Below, piece after piece: positions 40,819 to 52,115 of a stretch of 64,000 bases of DNA. The notes below the pieces were generated by a model that did no database searches, was not told the origin of the DNA, and saw only the letters and a program-made list of their open reading frames with translations. Made by a program: the position numbers and the translations under genes. Position 1 is the stretch's first letter; every line of letters starts with the position of its first letter. The stretch is from an uncultured Acidobacteriota bacterium (lineage in GTDB: Bacteria > Acidobacteriota > Vicinamibacteria > Vicinamibacterales > UBA2999), in NCBI GenBank assembly GCA_963843885.1, contig CAWJMJ010000016.1, forward strand, positions 449,568 to 513,567, in the 5' to 3' direction.

Positions 40819-41630
40819 TCACGCCCGCCAGGTGGCGTCGAACAGGATCTCCGCCCAGCCGGTCAGGAACACGCCGTCGTCGTTCCACTCGACGCGCTGC
40901 GTGCCGCCGGGCGCGACGACGTCGACGTCGCGCGCCGCGCCGCCGGCCGTCATGGCCGCGATCGCCGCCGCGCAGGCGCCGGTGCCCGATGCTTCGGTCG
41001 GACCGACGCCACGTTCCCAGATCAGGATGCGCACGCGGTCGGGCCGCTCGACCACGCGCGAACTCGACGTTGGTGCCGGCCGGGAAGCGCGGATGCGTCG
41101 CCAGGCCCGGGCCGAGCCGGTTGAAACGCTCCTGGTCGGGCAGCGCGGCCATGAGGGCCACGCACTGCGGGTTGCCGATGTTGAGGGTCACGACCGGCAA
41201 GCGTCTCGCCGGCGACCGTCAGCGATTCCTGCGCACCGCCGCGGGCTGGCCCATGCCGGCCCGGAACGTGTACCGGCCGTTGGCGCGCGAGGTCAACGTG
41301 AGCCGGCGCTCGCCGGCATCGGTCTCGGCCCGCACCTCGAGCGGCACCGGCAACGGATCGCCGTTCCGTCGGTCACGCTCGCGCACGACCAGCGCCGCCA
41401 GGCAGCGCAGGCCGTTGCCCGACAGCTCCGACGGGCTGCCGTCGGCGTTGATCAGGCGCATCGTCGCGCCGTCGGCCGTGAGCGAGTAGAGGATCAGGCC
41501 GTCGCCGCCGATGCCGGTGTGGCGCGCGCACAACTGACGCGCCAGTGCGGCCGCGTCGTGGCCGGCCACCGTCGTCGCGATCGACGAAGAGGAAGTCGTT
41601 GCCGTAGGCGTGCGCCTTGATGATGGTCAT
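40819..41630 (-). CDS. dapF: Diaminopimelate epimerase; frameshifted
   Basis: MTIIKAHAYGNDFLFVD; GIGGDGLILY; ELSGNGLRCLA (first catalytic Cys); NIGNPQCV; RILIWERGVGPTEASGTGACAAA (second catalytic Cys). Confidence 0.9.
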
Positions 41631-42502
41631 GGCACCCTGAACGCAGTGAAGACCCAGGTCAGGCCAGCCGTGAAGCCCAGGTCGAGGTCGGGGGTGGTGG
41701 CGCCAATGAGCCCCGCGGCATCGACGCGCACCGGGCCGTGCGTGTAGCGCAGACCCGCCCGGGCGACGCCGCGGCTCTCGCTACCGGCCACGGGCGAGGT
41801 CGCGGCCAGGTTCAGCCGGCCGTTGTATTCGGTCACCAACTCCAGGCCGCCGTTCACGGCCCGGGCCAGCGACAGGCCGAAGGTCAGCAGATCCTCCTGG
41901 CGCGCCGCCACCACCGGATCGCCGACGATGGCCACGCCGACGTTCCCGACGGTACGCAGCGAGCGGACGGTCTTGCCGATCAAGACGGACGCGAAGAAGT
42001 CGGTCGTGTCGAGCCCCAGGCCCGATTCGTTCGAGGCGTTGGGCAGGCGCGTCGCAAAGCGCACGCCGATTGCCGGACGGCCCGGGGCTTCGTTGAGGAC
42101 GCGCAGCTTGGTGGCGATGACGAAGTCGTCGACCGCGCTGGTCGTGTCGCCGGTGAACGACAACGCCCCGGCAAACGGCCCGGGGTTCCGTTCGGTGATC
42201 GTGAGCCGGCGGTAGAAGCTGCCGTCGATCTGGACTTCGGCAATCGGCCCGACGCCGACGCTGATGCCGATGGTCGGTACCGATACGAGGTTGCCTCGCA
42301 GTCCGGAGACCGGGAAGGTGATGCCACGGGCCACGTCGACGCCGCTCTCGAGCAGGATCTGGCCGGTGCCGACGGTGAGCGGATCCTCGGTCACGAGCGG
42401 ACGCTGTTGCGCGCCGGCGCCGGCCGCCAGCGCCATGACGAGACCGACGGCCATGAATCCGATCGACCACCTGCGATTGCTGTGCTTGCCTGTCACTGTC
42501 AT
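41627..42502 (-). CDS. Outer-membrane beta-barrel protein (MetA-pathway/transporter-like family, tentative)
   Basis: Intact 291 aa. Signal peptide ..IGFMAVGLVMALAAGAGAQQ, then RPLVTEDPLTVGTGQILLESG and alternating beta-strand patterns through to ..GFTAGLTWVFTAF. The stop overlaps the dapF start and the start overlaps the stop of the CPBP gene. Confidence 0.55.
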   Translation of the reverse strand: MTVTGKHSNRRWSIGFMAVGLVMALAAGAGAQQRPLVTEDPLTVGTGQILLESGVDVARGITFPVSGLRGNLVSVPTIGISVGVGPIAEVQIDGSFYRRLTITERNPGPFAGALSFTGDTTSAVDDFVIATKLRVLNEAPGRPAIGVRFATRLPNASNESGLGLDTTDFFASVLIGKTVRSLRTVGNVGVAIVGDPVVAARQEDLLTFGLSLARAVNGGLELVTEYNGRLNLAATSPVAGSESRGVARAGLRYTHGPVRVDAAGLIGATTPDLDLGFTAGLTWVFTAFRVP

Positions 42503-43065
42503 GCTCCCTGTTTCCCCTGACGGCGGGCCGCGGCGCCCAGATAATGGAAGGCCAGCACGTCGTAGCACGCGTGCGCCGTCATCGGCGCCAGCAGGCCGCC
42601 GGTGACCAGCGCCAGACTGCCCATCACGACGCCCATGCCCGCGGCCCAGAGGCCAAAGGCCATCATGCGCGAGCCGGCCACGTGGGCCAGCCCGAATGCC
42701 ACCGACGCGGCCGGCAGGCCGAAGACCGGCTGCAGCCAGCCGCGGAAGAACAGCTCCTCCCCGATGCCCGCCGCGACCGACACGACCACGATCTGCCACG
42801 AGCCGAGCCCCGAGAACGTGGGCACGAGCACGTCGTCGACGGCCGCCCGGACGGCCCGCCACAGGCCGACGCCCCAACGCAACAGCGCCAGGTTGACGGC
42901 CCCGAGCACGGCCGCCGCGGCCAGTCCCACGAGCGCGGCGTGCACCGGGCGCTCCAGGCCCCACGGCACCGGCACGCCGGCCAGCGCGGCACCGGCCAGC
43001 CCGGCGGCGGCGAGGCCGCCCTGGGTGAGCACCGCCACGAGCGTGAGGCGCCCTGCCGGAGTCAC
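42499..43065 (-). CDS. CPBP-family intramembrane glutamic endopeptidase (CAAX protease-like)
   Basis: Intact 188 aa, multi-TM. Motifs [13 protein letters not shown] and FGLAHV, then a later H (MTAHACYD). GTG start overlaps the dtd TGA. Confidence 0.8.
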   Translation of the reverse strand: MTPAGRLTLVAVLTQGGLAAAGLAGAALAGVPVPWGLERPVHAALVGLAAAAVLGAVNLALLRWGVGLWRAVRAAVDDVLVPTFSGLGSWQIVVVSVAAGIGEELFFRGWLQPVFGLPAASVAFGLAHVAGSRMMAFGLWAAGMGVVMGSLALVTGGLLAPMTAHACYDVLAFHYLGAAARRQGKQGA

Positions 43066-43525
43066 GGGCGCCGGCTCTCCAGCACGAACGTCACCGGGCC
43101 GTCGTTCTCGAGCGAGACCAGCATCGCCGCCTGGAACTCGCCGGTCTCGACCGGCACGCCCGCGGCGCGCAGGTCGGCGACGACGTCCTCGTAGAGACGC
43201 CGCGCCTCGATCGGGCGGCGCCGCCGCGGCGAACGAGGGCCGGCGGCCGTTGCGGCAGGTCGGCAGCGAGGGTGAACTGCGAGACGACCAGCACCGCGCC
43301 GCCCACGTCGACGACCGAACGGTTCATGCGGACACGGCCGTCGCTGCCGCCGTCGTCGTCGAAGATGCGCAGGTCGCGGATCTTGCCGGCGACGTGCGCG
43401 ACGTCGGCCGGGCCGTCGCCCTTCTCGACCCCGACCAGGACGAGCAGCCCGTGGCCGATGCGCCCGACCACGCGCTCGCCGACGTCCACGCGCGCCTGCC
43501 GCACCCGCTGCACCACCGCGCGCAT
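43062..43525 (-). CDS. dtd: D-aminoacyl-tRNA deacylase; frameshifted in the C-terminal half
   Basis: [61 protein letters not shown]; the end is read in another frame as ..[21 protein letters not shown]. Confidence 0.85.
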
Positions 43526-43526
43526 G

Positions 43527-44363
43527 TCAGCGGGCACGCAGCGTGACGAGCTCGCCGAACTTCACCTCGTCGCCGGGATGGGCCCCGGCGCCGGCCGGCG
43601 CGGGCGAGCCGGCGCTGAGCCGTCGGTCGAGCAGGTGACGCGGCATCACGTTGGTCAGCGCCTTGATCATCGAGGCCTTGACGTGCGGGTGCTCGCGCTC
43701 GAGGTCCATGATGAGCCGCTTGATGCGCTGGCGCTGCAGGCTCAGGTCGCCACAGGCCGGGCAGCAGCAGCCGATGACCGGCAGCGCGTTTTCGCTGGTG
43801 TAGGCACGCGCGTCGGCCTCGGTCACGTAGACCAGCGGACGGATGACGACGTGCTGCTGGTTGTCGGAGACCAGCCGCGCCGGCATGGCCTTGAGCGCGC
43901 CCGCGAAGAACACGTTCAGCAGCAGCGTCTCGACGAAGTCGTCGAGATGGTGGCCGAGCGCGATCTTGGTGGCGCCCACTTCCTCGGCCAGGCGGTAGAG
44001 CACGCCCCGGCGCAGGCGCGCGCACAGCGAACACGGCGTGTCGCCGGCATCGAGGATGTCGTCCATCACCTCGCCGATGGTCGTGTGCTCGATGCGCAAT
44101 TCCCAGCCGCGCGCCCGGCACGTCTCGGCGATGAGGTCGTGCTTGTAGTCCTTGTAGCCGGAGTCGACGTTCACCGCCACCAGCGTGAAGTCGATGGGCG
44201 CGCGCTGACGCAGCACGTCGAGGATCTGCATCAGCGCCCAGCTGTCCTTGCCGCCCGACAGCCCCACCATGACCCGGTCGCCGTCCTCAATCAGTCCGTA
44301 TTCGACAATCGCCTTGGTGACGTTCTTGGCGAGGCGTGCTTCGAGCGGCGTGCGGTAAGCCAT
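43527..44363 (-). CDS. ttcA: tRNA 2-thiocytidine(32) synthetase TtcA
   Basis: Intact. PP-loop [14 protein letters not shown]. Cys motifs [10 protein letters not shown] and [21 protein letters not shown]. Confidence 0.85.
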   Translation of the reverse strand: MAYRTPLEARLAKNVTKAIVEYGLIEDGDRVMVGLSGGKDSWALMQILDVLRQRAPIDFTLVAVNVDSGYKDYKHDLIAETCRARGWELRIEHTTIGEVMDDILDAGDTPCSLCARLRRGVLYRLAEEVGATKIALGHHLDDFVETLLLNVFFAGALKAMPARLVSDNQQHVVIRPLVYVTEADARAYTSENALPVIGCCCPACGDLSLQRQRIKRLIMDLEREHPHVKASMIKALTNVMPRHLLDRRLSAGSPAPAGAGAHPGDEVKFGELVTLRAR

Positions 44364-44377
44364 GGCCGTCGACCAGT

Positions 44378-45436
44378 CTACACCGGCCCGGCGGGTGCCT
44401 CGCCCAGCAGGCGCGCCACCGTGGCCGGCCACGTGAGCGTGGCGCCGCGCGCGTGAGCCGCCTGCCCCATCCGTTCGGCGCCGGCCCGGTCGTCGATGAG
44501 CCGCGCCAGGCCGTCGGCCAGGGCGGCGGCCGTCGGCGCGCAGATCAGCCCGGTGTGCTCGTGGCCCACGAGCTCGGTCGGTCCCCCGCTGTCGCGGCAG
44601 GTGACGACCGGCTTGGCCGAGGCGAAGGCTTCGACGGTGACGAAGCCGTAGTCCTCGTCAAAGGGCACGAAGGCCACGGCGCGGCAGCGGGCCAGGTGCG
44701 CGAGCATCGCCGCCTCGTCGAGCCGGCCGGCAAACTGCACGCGCCCGTCGAGGCCGAGCCGGCGGCTCTGCGCCATCAGATCGGCGCGCGCCTCGCCGTC
44801 GCCGGCAATCACCGCCCGGACGTGCCCGGCGGCCGGCTGCGCCAGGGCCTCGAGCAGCAGATCGAAGCGCTTGAGCGGCGTGAGACGCGACACCGCGAAG
44901 ATGTAGTCGTCGTAGCCGTCGCAGCGGTAGGCCCGGGCCGGGGCCGGCGGATGGAGCACGGTGGCGTCGAGCCCGCCCCAGCGCTGGAGCCGGGCCTGCA
45001 CGGTGGTCGAGATCACGAAGCGCCGCTGCACGCCGCGCGTCAGGCAGTGCCGATCGGCGGCGTGGATCAGGCGGCGGCGCACGCCCTCTTTGAGGCGGTT
45101 GCGCCACGACAGCGGCGCGCTGAAGCGCGGCCACAGGTCGTAGTACTCGCGCATCGTGTGATTGAGCCAGCAGGTGTGGCGCGGATGACGCACCGCGAAG
45201 GCCGGGTAGCGCAGGCTGATCACGTGATCCACGGCCCCGCCGTCGGCCGCCACGCCCACGTCGGTCAGCCACGCGGCCAGGTAGGCCGCGCCCTGCCGCC
45301 CGAACCGGTTCTGCGGCGTGACCACCAGGTCGGCGTCGTGCCCGCTCTCGCGGCACGCGCGCACGAGCTCACGCGCGATGACCAGGTGCCCGCCTTCCAC
45401 GAACGGCGGGCTCGACGTGACCACGAGGACGCGCAT
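44378..45436 (-). CDS. Glycosyltransferase, GT4 (GT-B fold)
   Basis: Intact 352 aa. MRVLVVTSSPPFVEGGHLVIAREL..; C-terminal EX7E-type region AVAFVPFDEDYGFVTVEAFASAKPVVTCRDSGGPTELV. Confidence 0.8.
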   Translation of the reverse strand: MRVLVVTSSPPFVEGGHLVIARELVRACRESGHDADLVVTPQNRFGRQGAAYLAAWLTDVGVAADGGAVDHVISLRYPAFAVRHPRHTCWLNHTMREYYDLWPRFSAPLSWRNRLKEGVRRRLIHAADRHCLTRGVQRRFVISTTVQARLQRWGGLDATVLHPPAPARAYRCDGYDDYIFAVSRLTPLKRFDLLLEALAQPAAGHVRAVIAGDGEARADLMAQSRRLGLDGRVQFAGRLDEAAMLAHLARCRAVAFVPFDEDYGFVTVEAFASAKPVVTCRDSGGPTELVGHEHTGLICAPTAAALADGLARLIDDRAGAERMGQAAHARGATLTWPATVARLLGEAPAGPV

Positions 45437-45439
45437 CGG

Positions 45440-47399
45440 CTACTCGTAGAGCGGCGTCATGCGCACGAACACGCCCAGGAAGCGGTTGTCGCGGCCGCCG
45501 GTTTCGAACAGCGGGATGAAGCCGGTCGCGCTCTCGATCGAGATGGCGTAGACGTAGTTGGTCGGGTTCTCGGGGTAGGGCTTGTAGGGCAGCCCCTCGC
45601 CCATCGCCACCACCACCGAGCGCTGGTCGTGGGCCGGCACGTCGACGGCGACCTCACCCGCGGCCGTGCGAATGACGACGCGGTTGGGCTTGGGCCCGGT
45701 CTCGAGCACGATCTCCATGCGCGGCACCCGCAGCGCGCGGGCCTGCTCGCCGTTGGGCCCGGCCTCGAGCGGCGCCGGCGCCCGCAGCATCAGGTCGGCA
45801 CGGCTTTCGCCACGCACCCAGAACGCGTCGCCTTCGCGGGTGTAGGCGTTGTCGTCCATGAAGTACCCGCTGAGCGGCGGCACGCCCCCGAGCGGCTGGC
45901 GCGAACGCGATGGACTCACGTTCACCGGCAGATCGTTGATGAGCGACAGTTCCAGCGGCAGGAAGCGGTAGAGGCCGCTCTTGGTGTGCTCGCCCGGATG
46001 GAACGACGAGAAAAACGGGTTCCCGACCACCGGTGTGACGAAGAGCGCGCTCATCGCGGCGGTGGCCACCGCCACCCACGGGGTCGCCAGTCCAGGGGTG
46101 AGGAACAGGAACACCGGGTAGACGCCGAGGAAGTAGCGATTGCCCACCGGCCCGCCGCCGCCCGAGTAGGTGAACGGCATGTAGAGCATCAGGAAGAGCG
46201 CCGATCCGAGGCCGCCGGCCAGCGTCAGCCAGCCCCAGGCCGACTGGTGGCGGGGCCTGAGCAGGTAGAGCAGCAACGCCGCCATGCCCGGGAAGTAGTA
46301 GACGGCAAAGCCCGTGTGGCGTCCGGCGAAGAAGTAGACGAGGTTGTGTCGGAACACGTCGACGATCGCGTCGCGATTGACCAGCACGTCGAGCGGCACG
46401 CCGTTGGTGGCGCGACCGATGCCGGTCGAGTCGAAGGTGCGGTCGTCGCTCTGGAACGGGAACCCGCGCGAGTCGCCGCCGCTGTAGAACGTCTTGCGGT
46501 CGCCGCCCTGGTAGTTCCAGTCGCCGGTGATGGCGACGTTGGCGGCGAAGAACCCGACCACCACGACCGAGAAGACCATGCCGGCGGCAAAGCCGCGCCG
46601 CCACTGGCGCCGGAGCGCGAACAGCGCGAGCACCGGCAGCATCAGCAGCACGTGCGTGGGCTTGGAGAATGTCGCCAGCCCCAGCCACAGGGCCGCCACC
46701 AGGTCCGCGCGCGGCCCGACCAGCCACGGGCTTCGCGCCGCGCCCGCTGGCGTCGTCGGTCCCGCGACTTCCTTGTAGAGCCAGAAGAAGTAGCCGAGCA
46801 TGACCAGCCCGGAGTTGAACGAGATCCGGCGTGAGCCACACCAGATAGACCGGCAGCACCGAGACGAAGATGAAGGCGCCGGCAAACAGCAGGGCCACCA
46901 CCGGATGACTGCGCGCGGCCAGGAAGGCGTAGGCGCACAGGAAGCTCACGCTGACCACGAGGGCGTGGAGAACGAGGAAGCCGTTGGTGCCGAAGAGCCT
47001 GATGAAGGGCGCCGCGGCCAACGGGTAGAGGAACGACTTGGCGAAGAAGAGCCGCGAGGCGTCGGCGTCGGGCCGCACCTCGACATGCAGGAAGGGGGCC
47101 GCGCCGTCGAGGCGCAGGTCCGGGTCGGAGCCGCGCTTCAGGAAGATGCCTTCCGGGCCGCTCGGGAACTCGCGCCACACGCGCACCAGATCCTCGCGCC
47201 GGAATTCGAAGTCGCCGTCGTCGGCCAGGCTGTGGCCCAGGCCGTAGTAGGTGGACGCATCCGAGAAGAACCCGTAGGACGCCTTGGCGTAGTTCACCGA
47301 CAGCGCCCACGCCAGCAGCACCGCGGCAATCGTGGCGGTTGCGCCGGCGCCGAGGCGCCACGCCTCGGACCGGGCCGCCCAGCCGCGGGCCGCGCTCAC
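45440..47399 (-). CDS. Large polytopic membrane protein, probable GT-C-fold (ArnT/PMT-like) glycosyltransferase with soluble C-terminal domain; frameshifts in the N-terminal third
   Basis: N-term (GTG 47399, overlapping the upstream TGA) ..ATIAAVLLAWALSVNYAKASYGFFSDASTYYGLGHSLADDGDFEF (acidic first-loop motif). More than 10 hydrophobic segments. About 200-aa non-membrane tail ..RMEIVLETGPKPNRVVIRT..GVFVRMTPLYE. Confidence 0.55.
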
Positions 47400-48607
47400 C
47401 GCGGCCCCCCGTCGTGGAGGAAGCGGAGGTCGAGCGTCAACGCGCTCCGACGCCGGCTGCGCCGCGACGATTCGTGCAGCAGCTCGTAGAGCCGCTCCAT
47501 CTTCCGGACGAACGCGGCGATGTCGTAGCGCTGCCCGGTGGCGCGCGCTCCGGCCGCCAGGCTCGCAGCCAGCGCCGGGTGCTCGATGACCGCGTTCAGC
47601 GCGCCGGCCAGGGCGGCGGCGTCGCGCTTGGGCACGACGAGCGCGTCGCGGCCGTCCACCAGCACGTCGAGCAGGCCATCGGCGTCGGTCGAGACAATCG
47701 GCTTGCCCATGGCCAGCGCCTCGAATGCGGTCAGCGGCGTGCCTTCCCAGAGCGACGGGAAGACGACGATGTCGAAGGCGCTGAAACAGGCCGCGACGTC
47801 GCTCTTGAATCCCGGCGAACACGAAACGGTCGCCGAGGCCGAGTGCGGCGGCTTGCGCTTCGAGCGGACCCTGCAGCTCTCCTTCCCCGACCAGGTAGAA
47901 GCGCGCCTCCGGATGCGCGGCAAGCACCGCCGGCGCGGCCGCCACCAGGAACTCGTTGCCCTTCGACGGCATCAGCCGCGTGACGCAGCCGATGGCGACG
48001 GCACCGTCGGGAATGCCCAGCGCGGCGCGGGCGGCGGCGACCTCGCCGTCCGACCGGGGCCGGGCGAACTCGTCGAGCGGCGCCCCCAGGTAGACGACGT
48101 GCGTCCGCTCGGCCGGCACCAGCCGGGCCCGGGTCGTGAACTCCGCGGTGGAGGCCGACACGGCCAGGGCGATGTCGGTGAAACGCGCCAGGGCCCGGTC
48201 GGCCACCTTCTGGAACCACGGCGTGTCGGTGTGATTGGCGTGTTCGTGCAGGATGGCCGGAATGCCCATCCTGGCCGCGCACAACCGCCCGAAGGTGGTC
48301 GCGCCGTAGCCGTGCAGATGGACGACATCGGCGTGCTTGTCATGCAGCACCTTCAGCAGGTGCGGTGTAAGTCGCGGGATCGAACTTATGGCGGCCCAGA
48401 TAGCTGACGTCGATGCCCAGTTGCTCGAGCGTGCCGTCCGACAGGTCCTTCTTGCGCAGGCTGACGAGCGACGCGGTGAAGCGCGTCGGCGTCGAACCGC
48501 GGCATCATCCAGGCAAACAGCCGCTTCACGCCGTGCATGCGCGACCCGGCCCACCCGAGGTGGTCGCACACGTGGACGACGTTCAGGGGCCTCGGCGAGG
48601 CCCCCAC
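47396..48607 (-). CDS. Glycosyltransferase, GT4; frameshifted
   Basis: LNVVHVCDHLGWAGSRMHGVKRLF; DVVHLHGYGATTFGRLCAARMGIPAILHEH; FDIVVFPSLWEGTPLTAFEALAMGKPIVSTDADGLLDVL. Confidence 0.75.
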
Positions 48608-49603
48608 TAGAGCCACCCCTGTTCGCGATACCACGCGATGGTCTTGCGGATGCCGGTGCGCAGGTCGACCTGCGGCGCATAGCCCAGCTCGGTCCGGGCG
48701 CGCGTGATGTCGAAGGCGCGGCTCTTGGTGTAGAAGTCCACGCGGCGGCGGTAGAGCGGCGGCTCGATGCGCAGCGGCACGCACACCATTTCGCAGGCCA
48801 AGCCGGCCATCCACACCGGCCACACCGGTAGGTGCAGCCGGGGCGGCGTCACGCCCAGTTCCTCGGCCACGAGCGCCACCAGCTGGTTGAGCGTGGTGTA
48901 CTCGCGCCGGCCAGCAGGTAGGTCGCGGCCGCGGGCCGCCGGCACCTCTCCGCACAGGCGGAAGCCTTCGACCAGGTCGTCGATGTAAGTGAGGTGGTAG
49001 AAGACCGTGCCGGCGCCGAGCATCGGGAAGCGGCCGCGCGCCAAGCCCTTGAACATCTTCAGGAAGCGCGTGTCGCCCGGGCCGTGGATGCCGATGGGAC
49101 GGGCCACGACGACGTCGAAGCCGGTGGCCGTGCCGAACCGGCGGGCCATCTGCTCGGCTTCGAGCTTGGTGTTCTGATAGACGTCGCCGGGATTGAACGG
49201 CGCGTCCTCGTTGGCCGGCGGATGGGCGACGTGGCCGTGGACGCCGCCGGTGCAGCAGTGCACCAGACGCCGGACCCCGGCGGCCGTGCGCGGCTTCGAG
49301 CAGATGCCGCGTGCCGTCGACGTTGATGGCGCGGTAGGCGGCATCGGGCTGCCCGGCCTCGCGGTAGGTCGCGGCGATGTGATACACGACCTCGACGCCG
49401 TCGCAGGCCCGGGCGAGCGGCCTCGGCGCGACAGCAGGTCGCCTTCGCTCGGCGTCACGCCGGCGGCCGGCAACGCCGAGGCGGCAAAGCGGGCCAGGCT
49501 CTTCGGGCGCACCAGCGCACGCACCTCGTGGCCGCGCGCCGCCAGCGTGCGCGCCAGATGCCCGCCGGTGAAACCGGTGGCGCCGGTGACCAGGACTGTT
49601 CAC
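48607..49603 (-). CDS. NAD-dependent epimerase/dehydratase (SDR family); frameshifted
   Basis: VLVTGATGFTGGHLARTLAARGHEVRALVRP; VVYHIAATYREAG; YQNTKLEAE (YxxxK); FYHLTYIDDLVEG..YTKSRAFDITRARTELGYAP. The GTG start at 49603 overlaps the upstream TGA. Confidence 0.8.
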
Positions 49604-50878
49604 GGTTCGACCCGTTCCTTGGCGAGCGCTGGCGCCGGCACGCGCTTGGCGCGGGCCGCCAGCCGGCCCACGGCCTCTTCGGTGCGGCGCAGATACACGG
49701 CCCGGCTGTAGCGCTCGTCCGACAGGCGCCGCGCGGCCTCGGCCAGCGGTGTGGCCGGACGCCGGATTGTCGAGCAGGGCGCCGATGGCGGCGGCAAATG
49801 GCGCGCGCCTCGGGCGGCACCAGGCGCGCCACCTCGGGCCCGAGCACCTGGGTGTGGGTCAGCAGGTCGGTGGCCACGATCGGCGTGCCCGAGCGCAGGT
49901 ACGAGTAGATCTTCAGCGGCGTGTTGGTCCCGCGGATGCGCGGCGAGGCCAGCACGGCTGCCGCGGCCACGAAGGCCGGGATCTCGCGCGCCGGCTGCTG
50001 CCCGGTGAAGACGACGTTGGCCGCGCCCCGCTCTGCCGCGCACCTTCCGGGCGGCCTCGACCTGGGCCGGTTCGCCGCCGACGATGAGCACGCGCGCAGC
50101 AGGATGGCTGCGGTGCAGTAGGGCCGCTGCCTCGAGCAGCAGATCGAGGCCCTGATAGGGCTCGAACGTGCCGGTGTAGAGCACGACCGGCGCGTCGGCC
50201 GGGAGGCCCCACCGCTCGCGGAGAGTCGCGCCGGCGTCAGCGTCGGGGGCTCCTCGACGTCGCCGCCCATGACGTTCTCGATCAGCACGGCGCGGTCGCC
50301 GTGCGCCCATGGCCGTGACCGTGTCCTGCAGTTCCTGGCAGATGGTGATGACCACGTCGGAGCCGGCAATCATTCAGCGTCTCGGCCGCGTCGAAAGCGC
50401 CGCGCAGTGCCGACGACCCGCTGAACTTGAAGTTGCTGAGCTGCTGCGGCAGGCTCGAGTGCATGTCGTAGAGGTGCGGGATGCCCAGCAGCTTGCGCCA
50501 GCCAGACGCCGATCAGCCCCATCTCTTCGTGCGAATGAATGGCGTCGTAGCCGCCGGCCAGGGCGCGGCGGGCGATGGTCAGCAGCATCAGGGCGTCGAG
50601 CAGCACCTTTACCGCGGACGGTCCGATCGGCACGCGCCGGACCAACGGCGGGCGCAGGGCTGCGGAAAATGCGCAGGTTGGGCAGCGTCGACGTCGCGCC
50701 CGATCGGATAGGTGACGAGATCGACGTGATGGCCGAGGGCCCCGAGCGCCTTGATGCGATGGAATTCGCTGAACGGCGTGCCCCGCGGCTCGAAGAACGG
50801 CTCGGGCGCGAGCATCAGCAGGCGCAGGGGGCGGGCGGGCGTAATCACAGCCTGGGCAATGAGTGTCGAACCGGGCAC
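49600..50878 (-). CDS. Glycosyltransferase, GT4; frameshifted
   Basis: LRLLMLAPEPFFEPRGTPFSEFHRIKALGALGHHVDLVTYPIG; YDAIHSHEEMGLIG; VVLYTGTFEPYQGLDLLLEAAALL..ARVLIVGGEP. Confidence 0.75.
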
Positions 50879-50937
50879 CGGAGGACCGCTCCATCATATC
50901 ATCCGATTCCCCGCTTCTTGCTGACCTGTAGTCACTT

Positions 50938-51922
50938 ATGGTACGTTTGAGCGGTTTGGCACCTTCCCGATCGACCCGCCGCGCGGCCCGGATCGCCACC
51001 ACCGTGGCCAAGCTCGTGCTCAGTGTTGGCCTGATGGCCTTCGTGCTGCGGAACACCAGCGCCGCGGCGATGTGGCTGATGCTGAAGCGCGTGCAGCCGC
51101 TGTGGCTGATGGCCGCCTTCGCCGCCAACGCGCTGGTCATGGCCGTGAGCATCTGGCGGTGGCGCATCCTGCTGGCCGCGCAGCACGTCGACGTTCCCAC
51201 CCGTACCCTGTCCGAGTCGGTACTGGGTCGCCCTCTTCTTCAACAACTTCCTGCCCAGCAACATCGGCGGCGACGTGGTTCGGATCGCCGACACGTCGCA
51301 GTTGGCCGGCTCGAAGACCCTGGCCACGACGGTCGTGCTGGTGGACCGCGTGCTCGGCGCCTTCGCCCTGCTCACGGTCGGCGCCGTCGGCGCCGTCATC
51401 GCCGGCGCGTTCGGGGTGGTCATTCCCGGCACCGGTTGGCTCGAACTGGCCGCCGTGGTGGCGCTGGCCCTGTGCATTCCGCTGTTCGTGGCGCCCGGCC
51501 TGCTCGATGCCCTGGTCACGCCGCTGCGGGCCTGGGGCCACCCCTGGGTGGTGGAGCGGCTGAGCATGCTGCAAGATGCCTTGGGCCGCTTTCGCTCCCG
51601 CCCTTCGTCGCTGTTCGGCGCGCTCGGCGGCGCCCTCGTCGTGCAGGTCGTGATCGTGCTGTTCTACGCCCTCACGGCGCGCAGCCTGTCGATTCCCCTG
51701 CCCGTCATGATGGCCGGGGTGCTGGTGCCGGTGGCCCTGGCCGTGCAGATGGCGCCGGTGTCGATCAACGGTTTCGGGGTGCGGGAAGCGGTCTTCAGCT
51801 TTTTCTTCGTCCGCTTCGGGCTGGGGGTCGAGGCCGGCGTGGCCGTGTCGCTCCTCGGCACCGCCCTGATCATGCTGTTCTCCCTGGGCGGCGGCGCGCT
51901 GTTCCTGCTCCGCCGCCACTGA
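50938..51922 (+). CDS. UPF0104 / lysyl-PG-synthase-TM-region-like 'flippase-like' membrane protein; frameshift near 51225
   Basis: KLVLSVGLMAFVLRNTS..LWLMAAFAANALVMAVSIWRWRILLAA, then FFNNFLPSNIGGDVVRI..ATTVVLVDRVLGAF..VQMAPVSINGFGVREAVF. The pattern is typical of this family. Confidence 0.65.
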
Positions 51923-52115
51923 CCGTCCCGCGCCTCCCCGCCCTCCTCACATTCCGGCACGGCCCTGCTCGCCCCGGCCCACGGTGTAAAGTCCTGTGCA
52001 GTCACCGCCGATAGTCCTGGAACCGGGAGCACGTCGCTCGGTCGCGCCTCCGCCTCCCACGGTGGCCCGCCGCAGCACTTCTGCTGGTCGTCGTCATTGC
52101 AGGGGAGAAAATCAC

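Noticed and set aside
52081-52101. CTGGTCGTCGTCATTGCA upstream of lipoprotein 1, resembling a -24/-12 promoter.
   Set aside because: GG-to-GC spacing is one nucleotide too long. The predicted start would also fall on the Shine-Dalgarno sequence.
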